From contig JAQBUT010000009.1 in assembly GCA_027623195.1 (NCBI GenBank), positions 26,528 through 90,527 on the forward strand: a DNA stretch of 64,000 bases, in the 5' to 3' direction. Made by a program: the position numbers and the translations under genes. Shown here piece after piece: positions 9,446-19,700 of this stretch. This DNA is from Chloroflexota bacterium (GTDB lineage: Bacteria > Chloroflexota > Dehalococcoidia > Lucifugimonadales > JADFKI01). Position 1 is the stretch's first letter; each line of letters opens with the position of its first letter. The notes under the pieces are model-generated. The model searched no databases. It was given only the letters and a program-made list of their open reading frames with translations, and had not been told where the DNA came from.

Positions 9446-11290
9446 TTAGCTCCTCTGTACTGCGGGGCTGCCGCTTCTTTGCTGAGGCAGGTCTGATCCT
9501 CCGGACGGTACGAACATCCTCAAATGACTAGACAGACCCGTCGATGCGATAACCCGGAGGATAGTTCTGCTTACGAAAATGGCTGAGAACATGCTGATCA
9601 GCACGCCTATGGCCAAGGCCGCGGCGAAGCCCTGAACGATTGTCGTCCCAAGCTGGTTGGAGAAGTAGAACAGAATGCCACACGTTATCAATGTGGAAAC
9701 GTTGCTGTCCCTAATGGCTGGCCACGCCCTGTTAAATCCTATGTTGATTGCAGAGTTCAGTGTTCGTCCGTTCCTAAGCTCATCCTTCATACGTTCGAAT
9801 ATGAGAACGTTGGCGTCCACTGCCATACCAATTGACAGTATGGTCGCGGCGACACCGGAAAGGGTTAGGGTAACGGGCATGATTTTGAATACCGCAAACA
9901 CCAGAACCGAGTAAGTCACCAGCGCTATGGATGCAATTACACCGGGCACTCGGTAGTACAGCGTCATAAACAGGAATACCAGGGCCAGGCCTACGGCACC
10001 GGCCACAACGCTATCTGCCAGCGAGTCGGCGCCCAATATCGCGTCAACATCTCGCTCCTGCACAAGCAAAATGGGCACCGGCAAACGGCCGCCCTCAAGC
10101 TGTAGGGCTATATCCCGAGTTCTCTCGATTGTGAAGTCCCTACCCTGAATAATAGCAGTGCCGGAAGTAATTGGCTGCGTTACGGTGGGAGCTATTAACT
10201 CCCTATCATCCAGGAATATGGCTATGAAATCGGTCGGGCTACCTGCTATTTCAGTGGTCAGGAGTCCAAAAAGCTTGGTGCCCTCTTCATCAAATTCGAT
10301 GTTTATGATGGGCTGGTCACTACCAGAGTGTAGGCTGGGATACGCCCTTGCCAGGTTGTCTCCGCTCAGGCCGAAGTCCTCATCCACGCTACCCTGAAGC
10401 CTAACGAAGCTTACAGTCGCCTGATCGCCCACGATAGCCTGTGCGCTGGCTATGTCCAGAGGCTTGCCTTCAACGCGTTCGCCTACGTCCGGTGGAAATG
10501 GGAATATGAATCTATTGCTGTCGCCCAGGCGCTGAACCACCGGCCCAATCACCTGGTATTTAAGGGATTGGCCGCCTTCAATAGAAAGCTCCAATGCGCT
10601 GGGAGGAACCTCCCCTGCTAATTGGGGAGGTGTTAGACCAACAGATGCCCTAACCTCTGCGAATTTTTGGGCGCCCTCAGGTGTGAACTCCACAATTATC
10701 ACCGGGGGGTAATCTTCGGCCACCGGCAGCACCGGTTCCACGGGCTCTACGCCGGGCTCAGGGGTCGGCTGTGAAGAGTTCCCGATCTGATCAAGTATTT
10801 CCTGAGGCATTGGCTCCGCTGATATGTTGACTATATCCTCGGCAACTATAATGCCGTCGGCTTCCAGGTCCTGAGGTACGTTCACTTTCCTATGCTTGAA
10901 CTCAAGGCGGGCGGTCTCACCGATAAGACTTTTGGCCCGTGCCAAGTCTTCCACACCCGGCAGCTGAATGAGGAGCCGGTCGCTGCCCAATACTTGAATG
11001 CTCGGCTCACCTAATCCTGATGCGTTGACGCGCTCCTCAATTAGGCGGAGCAAGCTGGCCATATCTTCTTCGGTGACCAACTGCTTTTCACCGGTGGTGG
11101 CGTCTACTACCGGCTGAGCCTCATAAACAAGGTGGCTCCCTCCCTGCAGGTCCAAGCCCAGGCTGAGCCCAAGGAGAGTATCCCCGCCACGCTCAAAGCC
11201 TCCAATCTTTAGTGGATTGAACAGCAGAGCGGCCAAAGCTACCGCAACCAGAATTGTGACAAATATCAAGGACTTTGCGTTTCTACGCAC
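9446..11290 (-). CDS. secD: Protein translocase subunit SecD (enlarged extracytoplasmic domain)
   Basis: LGLDLQGG, GMAVDANVLIFER, AIRDSNVST. Confidence 0.96.
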   Translation of the reverse strand: MRRNAKSLIFVTILVAVALAALLFNPLKIGGFERGGDTLLGLSLGLDLQGGSHLVYEAQPVVDATTGEKQLVTEEDMASLLRLIEERVNASGLGEPSIQVLGSDRLLIQLPGVEDLARAKSLIGETARLEFKHRKVNVPQDLEADGIIVAEDIVNISAEPMPQEILDQIGNSSQPTPEPGVEPVEPVLPVAEDYPPVIIVEFTPEGAQKFAEVRASVGLTPPQLAGEVPPSALELSIEGGQSLKYQVIGPVVQRLGDSNRFIFPFPPDVGERVEGKPLDIASAQAIVGDQATVSFVRLQGSVDEDFGLSGDNLARAYPSLHSGSDQPIINIEFDEEGTKLFGLLTTEIAGSPTDFIAIFLDDRELIAPTVTQPITSGTAIIQGRDFTIERTRDIALQLEGGRLPVPILLVQERDVDAILGADSLADSVVAGAVGLALVFLFMTLYYRVPGVIASIALVTYSVLVFAVFKIMPVTLTLSGVAATILSIGMAVDANVLIFERMKDELRNGRTLNSAINIGFNRAWPAIRDSNVSTLITCGILFYFSNQLGTTIVQGFAAALAIGVLISMFSAIFVSRTILRVIASTGLSSHLRMFVPSGGSDLPQQRSGSPAVQRS

Positions 11291-12848
11291 CGCAACCTCC
11301 GGGTTCCAGCATGGAATCGGCCAAGGATCTGATTAGACCCAGGGCTTCGTCTGTCGAATTAACCTCTCCATTCGCCTGGGCTTCGAGCACGAGTCCTAGT
11401 AGTCTCCCCACTTCAGGACCAGACGGCAAAGAGAGCGCAACCATTATATCGTGACCGGTGATGATTTTAGGAAGGGTTTCCGGGGCACTTTGCTGCCGAC
11501 CTTTGATAAGAATGTATTCCATCAACTCGCAATGATCCCTCCAATCCTGCTCTGTTATAGTGGGACCTCGCGCAGCCAGAAAGTCCGCCATGTTCAGGTA
11601 AAGCGTGTCCACAGCGCCTTCGGAAACATCCCGATAGTAGCGGTAAAGTGCCCTACCCGACGGCATTTCTCCCTTGGCAGCCATCTGTGTCGGACGAAGG
11701 TGATTGCGTATCATTTGCGACACTAATCTGGTCCCACGTCGGCTAAAACGAAGCCGGCCAAGTATTTCACCAGCCATCTCTTCTCCGACGGTGTGGTGAC
11801 CAAGGAAGCGCATTTTGCCTGAAGCCTCTATCGTTTTCGTTGCGGGCTTGGCCACGTCGTGCAGCAAAGCCGTTAGCTTTAGAAAGGTCAGCCGCGTATG
11901 GCCATCGCCTATATCCTCCTGGAAATACCCCTGCATACCTTCGAACGTTGGCACAGCTGCGGTTAAGAAATCGCCCTGCAATGGTTGGGGGCCCAACCGA
12001 GTGGACTGGTGGCCGAACAGGAACGAAAAAATCATGTCGACGTGACCAACGGCCTCCACAAGATGGTTAAAAACATCCCAGTGGTGCTCTTTGGGCTGGG
12101 TTATACCTCTTGCCTCGTCTAGCTCCGGCAAGACCTGCGATAGCAGCCCGGCCCCATCCAACCAACGTACCGATTCGGCGGCGGACGGCGCGGACAGCAG
12201 TCTCATTAGCTCGTCACGCACCCGCTCTGGCGCTACACCAGTTACGAGAGCGGCGTCCCGACGGATTTTCGCTTCGGTATCCGCTTCGATAGTGAAACCA
12301 AGTTGCGCAGCTAGCCGGGGCGCACGAAGAAGCCTGGCGGGGTCATCACGGAATGTATCATCGGCGTTTGCCCTGATCACCTCCGCATCCAGGTCGGCCA
12401 GACCTCCCACCAGATCTGTAATTGCATCACGATGGAAAGTTTCAGCAGCGAGTGGGATAGCCAGGGCGTCAACAGAAAAGTCTCGACGGCGAAGGTCAGC
12501 CTCAATCCCGCCAACCATCCCGGATATGTCCACGTAAGCGATGTCGTTATCGATGACGGCGGTGGCGGGAACAATGACGCGTCCGATGTCCCAGTCCTGG
12601 TGCATCTGCACGTATTGCCCGCCAAGAGCGTTGGCAAGTTCCAAGCCTACGGCCGCAATGTCTCCCTCGATAGCTATGTCTACGTCCTGGGGTTTTATAC
12701 CCAACAGACAGTCGCGAATGATACCGCCAACGAGATAAGGATTCTGCATTTTTGACTCAAAGAACTCCCGCAGAAAGTTGACCAGCGGCGGCCACGGTAT
12801 GGGCGCGGTGCCTGCTTTAGGGGAAGAGGGGGACGTTGGTTCGTTCAT
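11283..12848 (-). CDS. Class II tRNA nucleotidyltransferase with HD domain (predicted CC-adding type)
   Basis: YLVGG.IRD, DVD, RRDF, DDPARLLR, ERVRDE, LLHDVAKP. Confidence 0.88.
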   Translation of the reverse strand: MNEPTSPSSPKAGTAPIPWPPLVNFLREFFESKMQNPYLVGGIIRDCLLGIKPQDVDIAIEGDIAAVGLELANALGGQYVQMHQDWDIGRVIVPATAVIDNDIAYVDISGMVGGIEADLRRRDFSVDALAIPLAAETFHRDAITDLVGGLADLDAEVIRANADDTFRDDPARLLRAPRLAAQLGFTIEADTEAKIRRDAALVTGVAPERVRDELMRLLSAPSAAESVRWLDGAGLLSQVLPELDEARGITQPKEHHWDVFNHLVEAVGHVDMIFSFLFGHQSTRLGPQPLQGDFLTAAVPTFEGMQGYFQEDIGDGHTRLTFLKLTALLHDVAKPATKTIEASGKMRFLGHHTVGEEMAGEILGRLRFSRRGTRLVSQMIRNHLRPTQMAAKGEMPSGRALYRYYRDVSEGAVDTLYLNMADFLAARGPTITEQDWRDHCELMEYILIKGRQQSAPETLPKIITGHDIMVALSLPSGPEVGRLLGLVLEAQANGEVNSTDEALGLIRSLADSMLEPGGCGA

Positions 12849-12966
12849 CAGATCCAATTATTCTTCAGAGGGCGTTTCGGGAAGTGTCGTGTTTCTGTAT
12901 AAATATCCGACGGAGCGGACATAAGTTAGGGGAAATTCGAACGCTGCCAGAAGCGGATAACGCCTG

Positions 12967-13575
12967 CTATTTTATCCTCAGCGACGCCTCGGTATCTCGT
13001 GGGTCGTCGCCCGGTGTCCAGAGGCCGGTAGAACTAGCGGAATCGGGAGGGTGGGAGCCGGTTTCGTGCTCATGTTCGTTGTCGCCGTCTTCTTCCTCGT
13101 CGTGTGGCTCAACTGGAATCAGCTTCTGATGTTCCTCCATGTGGTCGATATAGAGAATGCCGTTCAGGTGGTCAACCTCGTGCTCCAGAGCCTGCGAAAG
13201 AATGTCCTCGGCCTTGAATTTAACAATCTTTTCTGAATGATCCATAGCTCTGAATCTAATCCAAACCGACCTTTTAATCATGGCTCTGTAGCCAGGAATG
13301 CTAAGACAGCCCTCTTCAACCTCGCGCTCGCCGTCCCTTACTAGGATTTCAGGGTTTATGTAAATGCGTACCTCTTCCTCATCTGGAAGTTGTATCACGA
13401 TTAGGCGCTTTAGTTCTCCTACCTGGTTGGCCGCCAGACCTACGCCGTTGGCCTGCTGCATGGTGTCTACCATGTCGTAGGCCAAATGCAGCAACTCGGA
13501 GTCGATGCGCCGGATTTTCTTGGCTCGCTGCCGAAGAACCGGGTTAGGCAACTCGAGTATTGGTCTGATTGCCAA
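12967..13575 (-). CDS. def: Peptide deformylase with acidic/His-rich C-terminal tail
   Basis: GVGLAANQ, EGCLS, HEVDH; TTG start after GAAGGAGA RBS. Confidence 0.95.
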   Translation of the reverse strand: MAIRPILELPNPVLRQRAKKIRRIDSELLHLAYDMVDTMQQANGVGLAANQVGELKRLIVIQLPDEEEVRIYINPEILVRDGEREVEEGCLSIPGYRAMIKRSVWIRFRAMDHSEKIVKFKAEDILSQALEHEVDHLNGILYIDHMEEHQKLIPVEPHDEEEDGDNEHEHETGSHPPDSASSTGLWTPGDDPRDTEASLRIK

Positions 13576-13766
13576 GGGCCAATCTCCTTCAACGCAACGG
13601 TTATAATGATGGTCGGGAACACCCCGGTCCGAACGCTTGTGACCGTCCGATATGCCCAACGCATTTTGCTAACTTTAACTAATTATAACTGCCAACGCGT
13701 CGCACTGTAAACCTGTAAATAGGGTGCGGCACACGGGTTCCACACTGTCATCTGGGAGATTGGTTT

Positions 13767-14666
13767 GTGAAGATACTGGTATCGGGCTCAACTGGACTGG
13801 TGGGTTCGGCGCTCGTGCCTTACCTCAAAGGTCAAGGCCTTGAAGTGGTCCGATTGGTCCGCAGAGCGGGCGAACTTTCGGAGGGTGAAGTATTCTGGGA
13901 TCCCGAACGTGGCGTGCTCCAATCGGATGACCTGAGCGGCGTGGAGGCCGCCGTGCATCTGGCAGGTGAGAGCATAGGCGCCAAACGCTGGTCCGCTGCG
14001 CAAAAGCAACGTATCCGAGACAGCCGAGTCAAAGGCACCCTGCTTCTAAGTGAGGCTTTAGCTAGGTTGGAACCTGTCCCTAAAGTACTGGCGTCTGCTT
14101 CCGCCATGGGCTTTTATGGCGATCAGGGAGATAAAGTTTTGGCTGAGGACGACTCCCCAGGGCATGACTTTCTTGCGGACGTAACCCAGGCGTGGGAGGA
14201 GGCGACCAGCCCTGCCTCTAACACAAGCACTCGAGTGGTGAATATGCGGTTTGGACTGGTGCTGGATGCCAAAGCCGATCTAATTCGCAAGACGCTGCCG
14301 CTGTTCAAACTGGGCTTGGGAGGAAGGTTGGGCAACGGCAGACAGTTCATGAGTTGGATTACCCTATCCGACCTGACCTGCGCGATCGGGCACGTCCTGG
14401 TCACTCCCAGTCTGAGCGGCCCCGTGAACATGAGCTCTCCAAATCCGGTAACGAACCGAGATTTCACAAGCACACTGGGCAGGATTCTTTCCAGGCCCAC
14501 GATCTTCGCAGTGCCGGCGTTGGCCCTGAAATTAGGCGTGGGCGAAATGGCGGAGTCTATGCTGTGCAGCACTCGGATGAGCCCAAACAAGCTCATTGAG
14601 AGCGGTTTCGAGTTCGACCAGCCAGAGTTGGAAGCGGCACTACGAGAAGTGCTGGGAAAGCCCTAA
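13767..14666 (+). CDS. TIGR01777-family epimerase/oxidoreductase (YfcH-like)
   Basis: GSTGLVG, HLAGESI..RW, RFGLVL, GGRLGNGRQFMSWI. Confidence 0.92.
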   Translation: MKILVSGSTGLVGSALVPYLKGQGLEVVRLVRRAGELSEGEVFWDPERGVLQSDDLSGVEAAVHLAGESIGAKRWSAAQKQRIRDSRVKGTLLLSEALARLEPVPKVLASASAMGFYGDQGDKVLAEDDSPGHDFLADVTQAWEEATSPASNTSTRVVNMRFGLVLDAKADLIRKTLPLFKLGLGGRLGNGRQFMSWITLSDLTCAIGHVLVTPSLSGPVNMSSPNPVTNRDFTSTLGRILSRPTIFAVPALALKLGVGEMAESMLCSTRMSPNKLIESGFEFDQPELEAALREVLGKP

Positions 14667-14668
14667 CC

Positions 14669-15328
14669 ATGGTCTACCTGTGCGCCGCCATGATAACTCT
14701 GCTGATGCTGTTCGGGGCCTGTAGCACGCCACCTCAGAAGGTCACAATAACAGCGGTGCCAAACAGCACGACGGCCGCCATTGTTGTAACTGCATCTCCC
14801 ACGGGAACCGCAATCGCCACGCTACCTTTGAAACCAGACCCACCCGTGCCAAATAACACACCTGTCGCCGATGTTGCAGCTCAATCGCCCACTCCTACCC
14901 CTAAAACAACGTCGAAGCAAGATGTGCTGGCAGCCCTAATCGGAGATGTCTACGCCAACGTAACTGAAGTCGATGCCAGAGGGTCCGCAGGGGCGTATGC
15001 CTTTTCGGTTACCGTTCGAAGTCCAGATACGGGCTGCACCCAGTACGCCGACTGGTGGGAGGTTCTTAGTGAAGAGGGCGAGCTTCTTTACCGACGTGTC
15101 CTGGCCCACAGCCATACCGAAGAGCAGCCGTTTACGCGCTCCGGAGGCCCAGTCGAAATTGAAGCTTCCCAGGAGGTAGTCGTCAGGGCGCACATGAGCA
15201 CGTCAGGGTACGGCGGGGAGGCGATGAAGGGCAGCCTCGCCAACGGGTTCGACATCGTGAAGCTCGGCCCGGACTTTGCTCCGGACGGTGCGGACCACGG
15301 TCCCCTGCCCGATTCGTGCGCGTTTTAG
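14669..15328 (+). CDS. Hypothetical lipoprotein with a Pro/Thr linker and C-terminal globular domain
   Basis: Lipobox FGAC; P/T-rich linker; DTGCTQYADWWEV...LAHSH..EQPFTRSG. Confidence 0.7.
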   Translation: MVYLCAAMITLLMLFGACSTPPQKVTITAVPNSTTAAIVVTASPTGTAIATLPLKPDPPVPNNTPVADVAAQSPTPTPKTTSKQDVLAALIGDVYANVTEVDARGSAGAYAFSVTVRSPDTGCTQYADWWEVLSEEGELLYRRVLAHSHTEEQPFTRSGGPVEIEASQEVVVRAHMSTSGYGGEAMKGSLANGFDIVKLGPDFAPDGADHGPLPDSCAF

Positions 15329-15347
15329 CGACTTGCACTAGACGGGG

Positions 15348-16490
15348 CTAGACGAGCGAAATGCCGTGAGAGGGGAAAACAAGTCTCTGCACGGCCTTCA
15401 CACTGTCTTCGGCGAATGCCTTGCCTTCATCAATAACGGACTGCTGAATTGGCAGGTCCATTACATCACTCAACGAATCCACCTGGTAGGCAGTTTTATA
15501 AGACTCCGGAATCTCATCAGCGAACACTTGACCGGATATCACGCCGTAATCCAGGGTCCACGCTCTAGCGACCGCCTGCAGGTCATATCCACCACCACCC
15601 AGGGCCAGCCACTTTTGCGGAGCCATGGCGGCAAACTCCGCAACGACGGCGCTGTGCCCCTGCGTGGTCAACGCCAGGTGAGTTATAGGGTCGCGAAAGT
15701 GCGAGTCTATGCCCAACTGAGTAACGAGTACATCGGGACGAAACCTCTCCACCACCGGAATGACCGTTTCCCGGAACGCCCAGAGGTAGACATCGTCTGA
15801 TGTGTAAGGATAAAGCGGAACGTTTACCGCATACCCTCTGCCTCTGCCCGCGCCGGTCTCCTGAGTAAAGCCTGTGCCTGGAAACAGAAACGCTCCGGAC
15901 TCATGCAGGGATATCGTGAGAACAGCATCCGTGTCGTAAAAGGCGTGCTGAACGCCGTCGCCGTGGTGGCAATCGATGTCCACGTAGGCCACTTTCATAC
16001 CCTCCTTGACGAGCCTCTGTATGGCAATCACGGGGTCGTTGAATACGCAGAACCCGTAGGCATATCCGGGCATGGCGTGGTGCAGTCCACCGGATATGCT
16101 AAACGCCGCGTCGGCCTCATCCGAAAGCAGCGCCTCAACTCCACGTAACGATGCTCCCGTGGATGTGGACGCGGCCTCGTACATACCTCGATACGAAGGA
16201 TTGTCGCCTGGGCCAAAATTAAACGGAGAGCCGGACACCGACTGGTCCCCCACGCTGAGGCCCTGTACGGCATTCAGGTAATCCCGCGTATGGAACTGTA
16301 GAATCTCTTCTTCCGTAGCTGAACGAGGCGGAATCAGGACCGACCGTTCCTGTGCGAAGGCATCGTAAGAATCCAGCAGTTCGTAGGTGTAACGGAGGCG
16401 TTCGGGTTTCATGGGGTGAGTATCGCTGAGGCTGTGCTGGGATAAGGTATCGTCATACACGAATACGGACTTGCGGAGCATGGGAGGCAC
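15348..16490 (-). CDS. acuC: Acetoin utilization protein AcuC / histone deacetylase family
   Basis: HPMKP.R, GGLHHA, GFCVFND, DIDCHHGDG, GGGGY. Confidence 0.88.
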   Translation of the reverse strand: MPPMLRKSVFVYDDTLSQHSLSDTHPMKPERLRYTYELLDSYDAFAQERSVLIPPRSATEEEILQFHTRDYLNAVQGLSVGDQSVSGSPFNFGPGDNPSYRGMYEAASTSTGASLRGVEALLSDEADAAFSISGGLHHAMPGYAYGFCVFNDPVIAIQRLVKEGMKVAYVDIDCHHGDGVQHAFYDTDAVLTISLHESGAFLFPGTGFTQETGAGRGRGYAVNVPLYPYTSDDVYLWAFRETVIPVVERFRPDVLVTQLGIDSHFRDPITHLALTTQGHSAVVAEFAAMAPQKWLALGGGGYDLQAVARAWTLDYGVISGQVFADEIPESYKTAYQVDSLSDVMDLPIQQSVIDEGKAFAEDSVKAVQRLVFPSHGISLV

Positions 16491-16597
16491 TTCCTTGCGT
16501 ATTTTGCGGACGCTACCCCCGTAAGGGCAAACATCAACTGGATCGGAAGAAACTATCTTCAGAGGACTGTGTTAATAAGACAGGCGTGCTTTATGGC

Positions 16598-17368
16598 TTA
16601 GAGGTCTATAACGGTATCGGCGTCCGCTACTTGGAACTCGATGCCCGTTTCCTTCGTAAGCTCTTTAAGCTCCTGTCTGATCTTGTCTTCCCAAGGCGGA
16701 TTCATGTGCGCAATGATGACACGAGGAGTGTAATTATGCTGGGATTTAAATTTCTCCAGGACCTCTTTGAGGAGGGCCGGAGTCAGGTGACCCACATGGT
16801 CGGCGGTCTCTTCCATTTCGTTTCCAAAAGTAACCTCGGAAAGCAGCACGTCGGGTGAGACATAGGGCCAGATATCTGCAACGCCTCTACCCGTATCGCC
16901 CGTGTAAAAGAGCTTGGTATCATCGGAGCTAATCTGGAATCCAGCGGCAGGCACCGCGTGAGGCACGGGTACTGCCATTGCTGTGTAGCCGAGTACCTGG
17001 AATTCCTTTTTGAATTCAACAACGTGAACGCGGAACACCGGATTCTCAACCGATGGTGAACTTAGGAAGTCCGGAAATAGGCTCCCGTCCAACAGTTTGG
17101 ATTTGATGAAATCCGCGGTATCTTGGATAGCGTAGATGTCCACCGTAACGCCGCTGTTTCTGATAGCAATGCCCAGCGGCAGCAAATCCTTTACGTGATC
17201 GAAGTGGCGATGGGAAAGGATAATGGCTCGAATCCGTTTCTGCTCATCGAATGTCAACGACCGGGTGAGGCCGCCTGCATCCAAAGCCAAAACCTCATCA
17301 ATTAGGTGGGAAACCATACGAGTATCCCTGCTCTCCATGTTGTGAGCACCCAAGACGCGAAGTCGCAT
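16598..17368 (-). CDS. Metallo-beta-lactamase-fold hydrolase (class II cAMP phosphodiesterase-like)
   Basis: LDAG, SHRHFDH, HAVP, YTGDTG, GHLTP. Confidence 0.8.
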   Translation of the reverse strand: MRLRVLGAHNMESRDTRMVSHLIDEVLALDAGGLTRSLTFDEQKRIRAIILSHRHFDHVKDLLPLGIAIRNSGVTVDIYAIQDTADFIKSKLLDGSLFPDFLSSPSVENPVFRVHVVEFKKEFQVLGYTAMAVPVPHAVPAAGFQISSDDTKLFYTGDTGRGVADIWPYVSPDVLLSEVTFGNEMEETADHVGHLTPALLKEVLEKFKSQHNYTPRVIIAHMNPPWEDKIRQELKELTKETGIEFQVADADTVIDL

Positions 17369-17471
17369 TTTTCTCTCTGCAAACCCTCATGTATGATTTT
17401 GTGCGCCATTCTAGCACAAGAGGATTTTTTTACGTAACGGACATACTGCCGCATAATTGAGAAATAAACAC

Positions 17472-18710
17472 TTATTGGTAAAAATCCACATCTCCCTCCT
17501 CAAAAGGGTCTTCTACCCTGCGCAATCGCCTCACGAATATAGCAAGCATGGCAAATAGCATAGCGCCAGCTATGATGACGGCGGTGCCCAGTGTACCGGG
17601 GTCCGGCAGCGCTGATATGGTAGCTCCGCGCATGATATTGGAACGCCATTGACGTTCCAACTCGTCTGTGCCAAAGCCATAAACGCCTGAAAACGCGCCC
17701 TCAAAGGGCCTACCCTGTTTCATGGAATCCAACAAACGGACCATACCCTCGGCGCCATGACTGTCCATGAGGTAGGATGTCAGGCTCCAGGATTGAGCGT
17801 AGAATAGGCTTACGTCTTCCGGGCGACCAGGAACACGGTCCATGGACCGAATAGGCAAAAGATCTCCTGACAAGGCAGCTCTGGAAACCGTCCGCCCTCT
17901 GCCCTTGTCGCCGGCCTCAAAATACATGGCCAGCCCTTCGTTCAGCCAGGCCGGGGTACGTGTGCCCGGTGCGTTGAGGGCCTCGTCCATGTAAAGATGG
18001 GTCATCTCATGGACCATTCCGTCTCGGTCTAGGTCGGCGAGAACAAATACGTCCATGTCTCCGAAGGCGAAGCCACCGTAAACATGTCTATCGCTGGTAG
18101 TCTGGCTTATCGGTGGGAAGCTCTCCAAGGACTCGCGACCGCTGTTGAGAATGACGGCCTTCTGAGGCCTGATGGATGTGATTCCCAGTAGCTGCTTCAC
18201 GTCCTCCAGGCGATGGGCTACGTCCTTTGCGATGGTCTCGACCCCTTCCGCAGACCGATCATGAAAGAGAATTTCCATATCGCCAACGAATAGCCTTTGC
18301 CACGCCTGAGATGCGTCCAGAAACTCTAAGGAGTACTCGTCAGTCTCCAAAACCTGGCCAGACGAGTTCGTGATGACGTATCTGTAGCTAATGTCCGTGC
18401 CTTGCGGAATAAAACCGTCGCCGTCCGCGCGCAGCACAAATTCAGTACTGACCCTGAGCGCCGGAGAGAATCCAGGATAACCATACGAAGTCACTTCCTG
18501 GTTTCCCAGTCGATAGAAGATCTCCACCTCGGTTATTTCCGTGGATGAGCCAACTTCCAGGCGCAACGTTACGCGTGACGGAAAATCCAACTCGTGGGAC
18601 GCCGACAAGACCTGTATGTGGTTCTCGACCTGGTTACGCCCCCAGTCAACTGGCGCACCCGTTCCGACCACAGCGGCCAAAACGCCTAAAATCAGGCCCC
18701 AAATGGCCAT
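17472..18710 (-). CDS. Secreted, C-terminally anchored peptidase MA-family metalloprotease
   Basis: Signal peptide, HEMTH and WLNEGLAMY gluzincin motif, C-terminal TM helix followed by RR. Confidence 0.85.
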   Translation of the reverse strand: MAIWGLILGVLAAVVGTGAPVDWGRNQVENHIQVLSASHELDFPSRVTLRLEVGSSTEITEVEIFYRLGNQEVTSYGYPGFSPALRVSTEFVLRADGDGFIPQGTDISYRYVITNSSGQVLETDEYSLEFLDASQAWQRLFVGDMEILFHDRSAEGVETIAKDVAHRLEDVKQLLGITSIRPQKAVILNSGRESLESFPPISQTTSDRHVYGGFAFGDMDVFVLADLDRDGMVHEMTHLYMDEALNAPGTRTPAWLNEGLAMYFEAGDKGRGRTVSRAALSGDLLPIRSMDRVPGRPEDVSLFYAQSWSLTSYLMDSHGAEGMVRLLDSMKQGRPFEGAFSGVYGFGTDELERQWRSNIMRGATISALPDPGTLGTAVIIAGAMLFAMLAIFVRRLRRVEDPFEEGDVDFYQ

Positions 18711-18736
18711 TTATCGCTCCGCCGACCGTTCCGAAA

Positions 18737-19381
18737 CTATATGCCCACTATTTTGATCATGGAATGGGCTTTGTAGATTCTATTAATGTTCAGCAGCAGC
18801 GCGGTCAAGTCTTCGACGTAACGGGCGTTAGCCAATCCGCCGCCATCGACAGCCCTTACGCCGGATATAGCATCCGCCAGAGCCATTACCTTCTGCTTGG
18901 CCTCTGAATCATCAGCGCAAACAACAACATCGGTATCCAATGCCCTGTCGGGAATTAGCAACTCCTGCGCACTGATGTTGTGGAACGCCGCCACCATAGG
19001 CGAGTTCGGAAGGATATCCCTGGCCTCTTCGGCAGCAGACCCCGCCTCCACTCGCATAGCGCTGGCCCTGCCCTTATCGAAAGCAAGGGGTGCTATGACG
19101 TTGACCATCAGCTTGCCTTCGAGGAGTTCTTTCAGGCTTTCCAACGTAGGCCGCTGCGCAGAATAGGGCACAGCGATGAAAACGATGTCCGATTCCCTGG
19201 CCACGTCAGCATTGCTTTTGCCCTCCACGGAGCCGGGAGGTGCGTCGCCGGCAAGACTATCGGCGGCTTCCTTCGCACGAGCCTCATCTCGGGAGCCGAT
19301 CAACACCTTTTCTCCGGCCAAGGCGAACCTTAACGCCAGGCCTTTGCCTTCGGGACCAGTACCACCTATAAAACCAATCAT
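18737..19381 (-). CDS. npdG: NADPH-dependent F420 reductase
   Basis: GGTGPEGKGLA, GSR, GSAAE, AAFHNISA, GGLANARYVE, NINRIYK. Confidence 0.9.
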   Translation of the reverse strand: MIGFIGGTGPEGKGLALRFALAGEKVLIGSRDEARAKEAADSLAGDAPPGSVEGKSNADVARESDIVFIAVPYSAQRPTLESLKELLEGKLMVNVIAPLAFDKGRASAMRVEAGSAAEEARDILPNSPMVAAFHNISAQELLIPDRALDTDVVVCADDSEAKQKVMALADAISGVRAVDGGGLANARYVEDLTALLLNINRIYKAHSMIKIVGI

Positions 19382-19700
19382 GGAACACCTTCGAATCAGA
19401 CGTAAATAGAATTGGCGGCCGAATAGACAGCCGCAGTTATTAACTGTACCGGCCAGTGCGCAATACGGTCAACGACGCCAGAACAACTTTGCCCTCAATA
19501 AGCCCAAGTCATAGGATTCAGGATATGAGGCAGATCAACTCGAATCACATTTGGGGGTTCTGTAGGACAAGTAAACTGGCCATTAACTACTCATCAGATA
19601 CCAGTGATCCCATCATTATGGGGGAAAAGACCACCCATTGCGCTATTCGGAAGCTTTCACTAGAATGAGGCCAAAAACCGGAGTGAAAGGAGAGTACAAC

